Source of the DNA: Lama glama
Lineage: Eukaryota
Reading direction: 5' to 3'
Assembly (NCBI GenBank): GCA_028534125.1
Contig: CM052817.1
Span: forward strand, 93,622,001-93,686,000
Length of the DNA stretch: 64,000 nucleotides
Of this stretch, positions 53,998-64,000 are shown piece after piece. Position 1 is the first letter of the stretch. Each line of letters starts with the position of its first letter. The notes below the pieces were generated by a model. It was given only the letters and a program-made list of their open reading frames with translations. It searched no databases and had not been told where the DNA came from. Both the position numbers and the translations under genes were made by a program.

Positions 53998-54209
53998 CTG
54001 CATAAGTGTTTACCAATTGCAAAACATATTATTTGATGATAGCTTACTTTTCCTTTTATTTCTTCGTTTATGGCATTAGATTGAGTTTTTTAAATTATGT
54101 ATATAGGCAGATTGCATTGTTTCTGAATTTTGTTTCAGGATAGTTAAGCAGGTATTCCAAAATAGTTGTTATAGAAAGGTTGAGAAACACTAATTAAAAT
54201 AAATGTCAC

Positions 54210-54504
54210 TTGAGGGGTCATGCGTAGTTGGAAGGTATTTAAGCATGGGCAGTCTCTTCTCTGGCACCATCAGTCCCTCAAACCCATACAGAGGTTTGAG
54301 CTCTAGAAGATAAAGGTTTGACAAATCCTCATCTAGCAGAAAACACTATTCTATAAGAGAACTCTTCAAGTTCTTTATAGAATCCAATCCTTATGCAGAA
54401 GACACTAATGATCACAATTACGGTACCAGTTGAACATTCTCCTTAAGTCAGACAAGTGGGAAGTAAGAGCTGTTCATCCTTCAAGAATATTCTCTGTGTC
54501 AATA
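54210..54504 (-). pseudogene. Degraded pseudo-exon ending GLDSIKNLKSSLIE*CFLLDEDLSNLYLLELKPLYGFEGLMVPEKRLPMLKYLPTTHDPS
   Basis: ttttttaaaaaag|T acceptor and weak donor AA|gtgaca; protein-like 3' frame; 5' frame ambiguous. Confidence 0.45.
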
Positions 54505-54667
54505 CTTTTTTAAAAAATAGATACACTATGGTCTAATCTAGACATAGAGACCTGAACACCCGATCTTAGAAATGGACGGCAACTCTTAGAGAAGACATAT
54601 CTTCTCTTCTAACTGTTCCATTTTCTTTTCAGCAATGTACTGGCTGGCTTGTTTCAGCTAGTCTTAC

Positions 54668-54719
54668 CCTTCATCCACTTTGAGTTTGGTTTGGAGCCAT
54701 AAAATCACAATGCATAAAG
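54668..54719 (-). pseudogene. Small pseudo-exon, 52 nt: LYAL*FYGSKPNSKWMK (3' frame ambiguous)
   Basis: tctgtaattag|CTT and GAAGG|gtaaga. Confidence 0.45.
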
Positions 54720-55311
54720 CTAATTACAGATCTTAGTTGCTGAATTCAAACTAGGCTTGATTATTTTTAGAGTAATTTTAAAATGGCATTTTAACATAAA
54801 ATATTAAAACTTCACATATTCCTATTAATCTGATTTTCTCCCTTTGTGCCAGGAATCCCAGCCAAGAAGTCAACAGGAAAGCAAATCAAAATATTTCTTA
54901 GCTACACTGCATTCCAAAATGGCCTACTTCATGCCAAATTCTAGTGCCCATCCTTACCTATCACACCCCCTCAAGGGAAGCACTTCAACTAACATGATCA
55001 TTTGTTTTAGGTTTGCTTCCAAATTAAAAAGGCATTTAGTTCCCCCTGTAAAGTAGCTATTGCCAAACAACCTGAATCTTTATTTATAGCTGGCTATTTA
55101 TCTCTAAATAATCATAAAACATAAAAAGATAGAAAATTGTAGAACCAAAGACTCTTGCCTGATATGAAATGGTTTCCTGTAAGTACATAATTTAAGCCTC
55201 TTTTTTTTTTTTTTTCACATCAAGTTACTTGAAAGCTATTTGGGAGTTGAAGTCAGTTGTCAAAAGCACTTTTTGTACTAATTATTTTTTACTAGCGATG
55301 TGCAGGTTCAC

Positions 55312-55445
55312 CAAACACAATCCTAGAACTGGGCTGCGAATCCTAGAAATGTCTTCTCCACCATCTTCCTACGTCCATTTCTCAGGCATCTCATTTGAGT
55401 TTTAGGCTTAAGAGTTTGGAGAGTTTTCTGAAGTATCAGGGCAAG
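55312..55445 (-). pseudogene. Possible pseudo-exon, 134 nt, phase 1->0: CPDTSENSPNS*A*NSNEMPEKWT*EDGGEDISRIRSPVLGLCL
   Basis: catttctgtccactctag|CT and TTTG|gtgaac; phases fit both neighbours but there are three stops. Confidence 0.35.
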
Positions 55446-56129
55446 CTAGAGTGGACAGAAATGGCTCTCTTCCCTCATGATCTATTTCAGTCGCTGTCAT
55501 ACTGCAAGATTCTGACACACACCCCCAACCCAAAGGTAACTCAGACCCTCTTCACAGCAATTCACAACAATCGGAAAATCCAATTACCCATATGACTAAT
55601 CCTTAGTAATTCTCTTGAGTATATTCCTTCTTAGGAGCCAAGGGGAATCATCCTGCCCATCCCCGAGGCTACACACATTTATATGGAAAGACTGCTGGGC
55701 TGACTGCATTTTCATTCAAATTTATATACATAGTATGTTAATATATTGTTCTATCAGGTTGCATGTATAAAACTCCACTTCTCTGCAGTCTTATTCTGTA
55801 TATACTCATATAGACTGTAATTACACGGCTCTTTAAACAGTCTAAAACACACATTTATGCTAGCATCATTTTTTCTACTCTGTATGATCTTTTAATGAGC
55901 CATGGATCTGAAGTCAATATTCTTTCCTAGCACAGGCACTATACCCCTATTATCATGTAAAAAAGAGAAACATCCTGTTCGGAGCAACTGATTCCATTTA
56001 ACCTGAGGGTGCCAGGACCTCCTGCTTTAACAAACATGGAAGAGCCCACTGAGCCAAACTAGACTTTATGAAATTCTAAGTGCAGTTCAGTAGTGATATA
56101 AAAGGCATTTCAAGCAAGTGCAATTTCTT

Positions 56130-56660
56130 TTTCCTCCTCTGCTGTGGATGCTAATTAATTAGCTGTGCTTGATTACTGGGTAAAGCTAAAGCAAAAAAAG
56201 AGAGAGAGAGATTAAATGGGCAGGAAAGGTCAGGTGTCTAAAGCTTAAAGTTATAAAGAGTAATTTTAAAGTGTCATTAATTTTGGCATTAAAGCAAACA
56301 TCTGGATAATAGACAGCAAAGAAAGAAAGAGAGAGAAGAAGAGGGAAAAAATGAAAGGCTTTTCAAAGAGGTAGATGTCTGCAAATGTCAAAGAAAGGAA
56401 AGTTGTTAATCATGAGAGAGGAAAAAAAACAATTATGAGAAGATTTATAGCAGAAGGCAAAGACAGCCGATTTGTTCTAATGTCACTTTTTAATCTGCCT
56501 TGAAATTTCTTAAAATTCAACATAACAAATAATATTGTCTGGCATTTTAATTCTCCATGCACATTCAATCTTAATAAATATGGCTGGCAGATATTGCTGT
56601 CTGTGCTTCACGATATTTCATCACATATAATTATCCCACATCCAGGCAGAAACAACTCAA
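56130..56660. promoter_or_regulatory. Candidate conserved non-coding element / enhancer
   Basis: Block with no recognisable repeat, dense in TAAT/ATTA and TGTCA motifs (gctaattaattagc, gtgtcattaattttggcattaa, taatgtcac..taatc). Inference only. Confidence 0.35.
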
Positions 56661-58676
56661 AAGTTCAGTCATAAAGAGCACCATTCTTTCTGCTCAGTGA
56701 GCAGTTCTGTCTTGCTCTACACCTTTGGGAAGTTCAATATCCCTCACTGTTCTAGTGCTCGGTGAGTTTCAGCCTCATCCTTGAAGCAATATCTGCAGCA
56801 AAATTATTTCATCTGCTTCTGACATTTGGAAACAAATATTCTAATGATGTGGAAAATGATTTTACAAGAAGTTAATTTATTCTATCAATTTCCATGACTT
56901 CTCGAGGCTTTTTTTGGACACTTTTTTCCCCCAGAGAGAATATTTAATGTAATTACTTGGCTAGAATCTGTCTCTCTCTTTCCCTCTCTCTCCCTTTCGG
57001 CTATAAAACAATACCTACCCAATTTAACCTTGTACGGGAATTGCAAAACGAAAATTACATCTTAAAAAATCTGAAGTGTTATCATATTCTTTTTGAAGAC
57101 TTTGTCATTAATGTCAATAAAAAATAAACACTGGAAAAGGAGTAATATTTCTACACTATGTAGCAAATGCAAGAATGATCCTTTAAAGTCATTAAATTAT
57201 GTCAGTGATAATATAATTACAGTACCCTATTTTTCATTAAAATAGCATCATTGATTTACCCATAGTAATCTTTAACTAAAACAGACAGTGTCACTTTATT
57301 TTTTTTTGACAGTGTCAATTTAATACAAACATATGACTGAGATGATCTACAGAGAAAGCCTCACAGGAAGCCCTTGGGCACCTAGATAACTGAATTATTG
57401 CCCTGATGCCTTCATGTGCATCACTGTCAGAGTGACTTCCTTATCTACCTGACCAGGATTCAGTGATAGATGGAAATCAAACTTAATCATAATGTACAAG
57501 ACAAAATCAGCAACTTATTTTATTGAATAAGATAAAGTTATATTAACCGAGATAAATATTACAGTTTAATTATGGAAATGAACACTCATTTTATGTTATG
57601 CCAGGTCACGTTAGTAAGACAGATTCTGGATTTTTAATCATCCTAAGGTATAAATGTGGAAATATCATTTTCATTTACTCTGTCGCAACCTTATTCAGAC
57701 TATCATCTATTCTTATCATGGAGTAACTATTTTGATCATGTAGACGGAAAAAAGATTTGGGAGATAAAATAAACCCTTAACGTATAGAAGTGTGATACCA
57801 GTGCATACTAAAATACTGTTTTCATGCAATGCATGAAATATGAGGAGGTACAAGTTGATGATAATTTTATATTTTTAGTTGGAGAGGAAATAATTAGATT
57901 TATGACCTAAAAGATAGCCTCATAACTTTGTGTACATTTTAAATATGTACTATTCATTTAGGAACAAAATGCACTGTCTTGCTTCTATATGAAGCCGGAC
58001 ATCTTTAGACTCTGCCTTCACAAACACCCATCTTTTGTATATATTTATCCAACACAGTATTGACCTTTCCTCCCACCAGCACCTATTACTTGCCATGCAC
58101 AGAAGTGGCAATAAAGAGTTGGATTAAGTTGTAGGCAGAGACATCTTTGCTAGGAAAATGTCAACAACCTGCATTTCCTATGGCCACTCCCATCTCATGG
58201 AGGTTCATAATGAGTAAAGAGAGGTTAAACTCTAGCTATGCCCCAATCCAAGGTGGAAGTTTCAAGATAAACTCAGGTTCACTCACACTGAATCAATAAT
58301 TCATTACTCAATACGCCTACCCTTCTCAGGGATAAAAAGTAGTGTGACTATCAATATTTTTTCCTGCTAGTGCTCGCATTTTTCTTAAAAATGTTGAAGC
58401 TGATTTAAGATTTAAAATGTTAACTTTGTATGTTTCCCATTATAATTAAAGATATTTGCAAAGGTTTCTAATGAAAACTTCAAAAAATTAACAACGAATT
58501 TGTGAACCATGCATAAGAATAACTTTTCTAGAAGATTAAATCCCATGTATTTGGATCTTAAAGTTTAGCACAGCACAATCCAAATGAATAACTTCTTACT
58601 AATTTATCAGTACTGCTCTACATCTGATTCAATATAACATAGTTGATGTCTACAAAAATAGTGATGGCTCACTCAC

Positions 58677-58826
58677 TGACAACCTTTGGTTTCCATGTCA
58701 GGGCACTGGCCCAAGCCCCATGTGAAGCCGCTACTGCAGTTCTAACAGATACTGCACAGTTGAACATCTTTACAGCAGCCATGCTAAGGCTGCCTCTCAT
58801 TTTAAGAAATCTGGCAATGTCCCCCT
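58677..58826 (-). pseudogene. Pseudo-exon, 150 nt, phase 1->1, open: (E)GDIARFLKMRGSLSMAAVKMFNCAVSVRTAVAASHGAWASALTWKPKVV
   Basis: cttctctcttaatgaattttatcttctgcgcatag|AG and GTCA|gtgagt; single open frame with ankyrin-like motifs. Confidence 0.7.
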
Positions 58827-58915
58827 CTATGCGCAGAAGATAAAATTCATTAAGAGAGAAGGTACATGCTGCTGTGTACAACAAACGTGTGCATCAGTCA
58901 ATGAAAATACCTTAC

Positions 58916-58996
58916 CCTGTTGACTTCCTGTATGCAACCAAATTCTCCCAGGATGGGGGACGGGGGGGGGGGAGGTCAGTTTCACTGCAGCATGCT
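58916..58996 (-). pseudogene. Pseudo-exon, 81 nt, phase 1->1, open: HAAVKLTSPPPVPHPGRIWLHTGSQQ
   Basis: cattttgtccttgtgctccag|AG and CAGG|gtaagg; 89-nt intron to the next exon. Confidence 0.7.
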
Positions 58997-59544
58997 CTGG
59001 AGCACAAGGACAAAATGAGGACTCTCCACATTCCTACTTGAAAACACTGTTTCTTCCCTTCTGTGTCATTTCCTTTGGTATCTTTTGTTTGGTAGTGAAA
59101 CCTGGAGCTAAAGGAGCACCAAGCACTGAGATGTATTTAAATAGACTGCATGATGGTGATTTTTGCAGTGTTTCTATTTGTGACTACTGAGAATAACTTA
59201 GCTACTTCATTTTTTGTTTTAAATTTTCACTTCATCCTTATATTATGAGCCATTTCATGGATAAAAGAAATTTAAGATCATTTTAAGCTCATTAGAAGCA
59301 GTTTGAGCAAATGAAATTGGGACAAGTAGTTAGGAAATTTAAAAGCCAATATAAGGGAGGAATCCAAAAAAATGGTATTTGCTGCTTTAAACATTTTATT
59401 TTAACTCAAAATATAAACATATGCATGTATTTGCCAATCTTCTGAGGTTGAAATAACACCTCTTCTTTGAGTACACTTACTCTGATGGGTGGACCATGAC
59501 TCTTTCTTAAATAAAATGCAACCATATGCATCATTTCAACTTAG

Positions 59545-60110
59545 GTGTCTCCAAAGAGAAGGCTGAAAATAAAGGGTTGACTTAGCAGGCTTGGGTGTGG
59601 ATAATCGCTAAGCCTACAGAATATCCTGCCTGACAAGACTGTCTTTGTATACCTGATGCCTTGGGCAAATAGTTTACGCTAATTGTGCGATATGATGAAT
59701 GCCTGTGTGTTTTACTTACCCAGGGTCTGGACCACAGTCCGTTTGACATCTGGGAGAGCTGCAGACTGAGTAGGTGAGGCATATGATCCTCCATGCCTAT
59801 GTGACTGGCCCCCAAAACAACCTGCACTCAGGGTCCAGTGAGCTTCCCTGGCTGCCAATACTTTCTGCATGTCACACATCATTGCAGGGAGAACTAACTG
59901 TTGTCCACACATCTCCCACGGGAGAAGAAACCTGAACCTCTTGGCTAGTCTCTCCCAGGTGCTATCTTATGCACCTTTCACCTTTACTGGTTTTAATCTG
60001 TATCCTTTCACTGTAGTTAACTGTAACCATGAGCTCAACAGTTTTTCTGAGTTCTGTGAGTCCATGGAGTGGATCATCAAACCTGACGGTGGTCTTAGGG
60101 ATCCCAATAC
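59545..60110 (+). mobile_element. ERV LTR (MER21/MER68/MER77-like)
   Basis: gtgagcttccctgg..catgtcacacatcattgc..ttttaatctgtatcctttcactgta..taaccatgag..ttctgagttctgtgagtcc..gtggtcttagggatccc. Confidence 0.75.
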
Positions 60111-60497
60111 AAAAGTGACAATTTAAAAATACTTAACAATGCAACTGATATAAAATAAATACGGGTTTTAAAGCTCTCCCCTTTATCTGGTAAAGCTGTC
60201 TTCCAACACCAATTTTGGCAGCTTTTGTGGACTCCTTCCAAAGATTAAAATGAATTTAAAATAATTTGATTAATTCATAAAAAGACTAAGTCTCTTTCCA
60301 TTTGTATCTATATTTTACCAAGTTTTAAAGGTCTTAATTTGATTATTTAATGATTATAACAACCAATTTCTGAACAAAGAATATAATTCTTTGAAAAATT
60401 AAAACAAAGTGCTTTCCCTATTTCAAGGAAGTAGAAAATATTCCCACAGAGTATTGGTGTGTGAAATTAAAAATATCCTCCCTCCATGGACACTGAC

Positions 60498-60617
60498 CAT
60501 GGGATTGTGCGAGACAGACAAGGAATTGATATCTGATATTTCATCACCAAAAGGAACAGCGTTCTATTCAGGGAGTTTGATGTTATAAAAATACTTAATA
60601 GAACATATCTTTGATAC
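60498..60617 (-). pseudogene. Pseudo-exon: (R)YQRYVLLSIFITSNSLNRTLFLLVMKYQISIPCLSRTIP
   Basis: ttctttccaactctactgatatcttatag|G; open frame, phase-matched to the upstream exon. Donor ATG|gtcagt is uncertain (phase off by one). Confidence 0.55.
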
Positions 60618-60891
60618 CTATAAGATATCAGTAGAGTTGGAAAGAAGCCAGAAAACAAGAGTATTTTAGCAGTTTGGGGCGGCAAGGAAGGACGTATCAT
60701 ACAATAAAACCATTGCAATGATTATGTATTATATACGTATACACATATATATGTTTATTTGCATACTATATCCATGATATGTGTGTGTACATGAAAAATG
60801 GAAAACCTCTCAGAAGAATTTAATTCTTAGGTTTTGCGACGGATGACTATTGTAAATCAGTGAAGGCTAATTCAGCCAAAACTTCTCTTAC

Positions 60892-60998
60892 CTATTTTTT
60901 GGTTCCCTACCAATATGGCCCTTGAACTTCTGAGTTATTTTAATAGACTACATGTATATTACATATGCAAACAGCCTCCTACACTGAAATGTGTCGCC
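60892..60998 (-). pseudogene. Pseudo-exon, 107 nt, phase 0->2: GDTFQCRRLFAYVIYM*SIKITQKFKGHIGREPKN(R)
   Basis: gtcctcttcttccag|GGC and AATAG|gtaaga; one stop. Confidence 0.65.
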
Positions 60999-61840
60999 CT
61001 GGAAGAAGAGGACATATATTCTCAGTGTGTTTTGTTTGTGTGTCTGTGGAAGAGGAGGGGCACTCAAAGAGTTATTTTACGAAAACTTCTGCAAGGAACT
61101 GACAGCACAAAACAGGACTCTTGGTGACAGTGGGACAGACCACAGGACCAGAGGGAAGGAAAGGACTTTCCCCATCAGGGAGGCTTTTGGAGGACATTGG
61201 TACACAGGATATGCATGTGATAAACAGACACCAGACCAGCCTCCATGTGGAAGAGAAAAGATAAAGCAAAGGGTATCAGGCTCTGGTGGCTTCCAAGGGG
61301 CACCATGGAACATGCTACAGAAGATGAAAATGCTATCTACCACTTGGAAGCTAAAAAGACAACTTAACAGGTTCATATGAGACAACTCCACTGACTACCA
61401 ACTTTTGGGAAAGACGCCAGACAAATGTCTTTTTTGTCAAGTTACTGTGACCCTATGTTTTACTTTCCGGGCTGGAAGACCTGGGGATGTATGAATCCCA
61501 TATATTAATGAACCAGCAGATGTGAATACAGTCTATTAAGTCTGATAACAGATACAAGTACAGAGCGATCTAAAACAGGGAGCACCAGAGCCAGTGTGTG
61601 TTGGGGAAAAGGAGGGAAATTTCAGAAAGCTTCACAGAGGAATTGGTGTTTTAAATGAGTCAGGAAAAGTGAGTAAACATTTACCAGGCAGCTACAGACT
61701 TGACGGACATACCAGGTAAACAACAGAGGCAGGAGAGAGAACGGCATGCTCCAGGACTAGCTGTTACTGGAGTAGGCTAACACATAGGGTATATATGTAG
61801 ACAGAGTGACAATAAATAAAACAGGAAACGTATCACTCAG

Positions 61841-62324
61841 ATTTGTCCACCACAAAACTCCTTCAATGTGTATGCATAATAAAACTTTCTTTGGGATCTT
61901 TGTGGTTAGCATGCTTGCAAATGAGGCAGTTGCTGGCAGCCAACAAGGCTGCTCAGGGGATAGATATGTTTGTCAAGATCTCAGGTACATTTTATGAAAC
62001 AATACAAAATGGGACGTTCTTAGAAGGCAATCCAGACCTTCACAAATGGCTCTACCAAAAAGGATTGCACATGTATGATTCCTTCATGGAGACTCAAGCT
62101 ATTACCACCAAAAAGTTTCCATGTAAATTGTCCAAGAGTATTTGATTGGCTGTATGACGGAGCTACACGTACGACAATACCCTCAGACTGGAGATGAGTC
62201 TAGGTGAACGACTGAAGCCCACTGCAAAAATTCCTCCCCCTCCTCACCCACTCCTCCTTAGGCAAAAGAGCTGCACTACCAGTAATTCCCAAATGAGCCC
62301 AACAATCACAAAACTTAGAGAGGC
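61841..62324 (-). pseudogene. Pseudo-exon(s): ..TLGQFTWKLFGGNSLSLHEGIIHVQSFLVEPFVKVWIAF*ERPILYCFIKCT*DLDKHIYPLSSLVGCQQLPHLQAC*PQRSQRKFYYAYTLKEF..
   Basis: ctttctgccactcctgtaaattctcag|GC; one frame of ~160 codons with 4 stops; ends at AT|ctgagtg, an apparent GT>CT dead donor. Internal boundaries are uncertain. Confidence 0.6.
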
Positions 62325-63039
62325 CTGAGAATTTACAGGAGTGGCAGAAAGGCAGTCTGGTAATTTAAAAATTTAAAAAGTTGATCATTTTAAATTATGA
62401 TTTTGTATATACCATCAATGTTTCATTGCCTTTCCCCAAGTCTTCAGAGACACTGTTTTTGAAAAGGCATCCTTGATATTTAGCCACAGCCATTTCAGCT
62501 GGAAATGAAGAGCCAAAATGTATTTGATTAAATATACCCTGGTCACATGATTCCTACAAAAGAAAAAAGACACGTCCTTATTACTAATTATTGGGCAAAA
62601 TTATAATTGGACTAAATTGGCATTAGACTAGAAAAGAAAGCAGTAGCCAGAGTGATAATCCAGACCTCAAAGGGTCAGTTTGAACACTGCATGCTGGTTA
62701 TATATTAATAAAAGGGGATAAATCAAAGAACATATGTGTGACTTTGAACATTTCTAAAATTTAATACATTTTAAACTGCTGCCAAAAAAGGGGGATATTT
62801 ATTTTCTCTGACATTACTCCCTGATTCAGACTTAAGTACGTCTTCCATAATTCTGAAAGGCATAGCAGTGAGTGATATATCAAAGGAATGCTGTGGCTTC
62901 AGGTACGCTGCCTCCCAATTTGACAAGCCACGGCAGTATTACTTAATAAGCAGAAGCTGACTTCTGCCAACACAGTCCTCTACTTGCCTGAGACAAGGAA
63001 ATATATAGTACTTTACAAGAAGAACATTTGAATATTTAC

Positions 63040-63060
63040 CATTTTATAGATCCTCCCTGA
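63040..63060 (-). pseudogene. Possible 21-nt exon ending in the initiator ATG
   Basis: cttttttctcttctctgcag|TCAGGGAGGATCTATAAAATG|gtaaat; strong acceptor, and A at -3 of the ATG. Confidence 0.3.
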
Positions 63061-64000
63061 CTGCAGAGAAGAGAAAAAAGCCAATTGCACTTTAGAACAA
63101 TCTTTCATTGGGGAGACATTTTTAGTGAGTAATATTTCAAAGGCTGTTCAAGGGTGAAAATAATGTTTTATAAACAATAAATATTTTAGTGACTCCATGG
63201 TGAACATTTCATAGTATGGGTTTTTTATATGGTATATTTCCTTTCACTGAAATTTCACTATCTTTCATCATTTCTAAGAATACAAATGGGTCAAGAGTCC
63301 CTACTAAGCTAAAGTCGTCTTTAAATTTTCACACCAATTATACTTTCCCTAGAATCAAATAGATCTACGTGCAAATGTATCCATAGCATTTAAAAAATAC
63401 TTATCAAGACAACGGACTTACAGTAAGTCAACAAAAATTATCTACTGTCATATGATAGCAAGAGATTAATTGTATAGAACATATGACTTATAAATAGATA
63501 TTAACTTAAAAACTAGATTACTGAAGTTAGCAAAACAAAAACTACAAGGCACAGGTTTACAAATCCCAGGCTTACTTTCAACATTGGTTGCATCTTAACC
63601 CCTAAGCTGTTGATTCAGTTCTCCAAACTCTAGAATCAGGTTGGAAGTGAGACCAGAAATACTTCCAAGACAGTGAGACTGTGGTTTCTAATCCCTGGAT
63701 AGCCCAAAAGGACTTATTAAATTCTCTAAAATGCTGCAGTTTAAATGCTTACATGCTATAAACTAACATTCCAGTTCTCAATTAATGGAAAGTGAAAGTT
63801 AAGACAAGTTTAGGGAGAAAATGGCAAAATCACCAACTGTAGGTTGAGAACTCTGAGTAGGGGAAATGCTGACTCTGATAACCTTGGCTGCCAATTTAAT
63901 AAGCAATATTTAGTCATATCTTGGGTAAAAGCCAAGAAATGAAGTTCAAGTTGAGAACCAGACCAAGAGTTCAGTTGATCCTCAATGGGAGTTGCCCTAA

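Larger units (their letters stand above)
159..63060 (-). pseudogene. Decayed multi-exon gene (ANKUB1-like N-terminus plus IRG-like C-terminal modules); 3' end lies beyond the left edge of the window
   Basis: About 20 minus-strand segments with polypyrimidine-AG acceptors and GT donors, mostly phase-compatible in order. Reading frames are long but broken by scattered stops and 1-nt indels. Family resemblance is by-eye only. Confidence 0.75.

Noticed and set aside
54041..54110. Minus-strand donor AAA|gtaagc at 54047
   Set aside because: Would imply a 50-nt intron, too short for a mammal.
60915..62145. Plus-strand ORFs of 63-129 aa
   Set aside because: No plus-strand gene structure; partly the antisense shadow of minus-strand pseudo-exons.
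1..64000. CRISPR arrays, tRNA/rRNA genes, prokaryotic operons
   Set aside because: The sequence is mammalian; no regularly spaced repeats or structured RNA genes were seen.

Overview
AT-rich, repeat-laden mammalian genomic DNA, probably from a camelid (a camelid-type tRNA-derived SINE tail and cetartiodactyl-type L1 3' ends), with a 500-bp N gap. No intact protein-coding gene, RNA gene or CRISPR array is visible; the ORF-track entries are mostly chance or repeat-derived. Reading the minus strand by hand gives a chain of about 20 AG/GT-bounded exon remnants from ~63060 down to 159, continuing off the left edge. Most junction phases are mutually compatible, and together they reconstruct ~3.8 kb (>1,200 codons) of one decayed gene with roughly 25 stops/frameshifts and an L1 inserted inside one exon. 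Compared by eye with sequences recalled from memory (no search was run), the N-terminal part resembles ANKUB1 (ubiquitin-like plus ankyrin-like region) and the C-terminal part resembles one, possibly two, degenerate immunity-related GTPase (IRG)-like modules. I do not recognise this architecture as a named gene. The rest of the window is L1, MIR, MaLR/ERVL LTRs, DNA-transposon fossils, a young solo LTR nested in an L1, and some enhancer-like non-coding blocks. Repeat boundaries and subfamily names are approximate.
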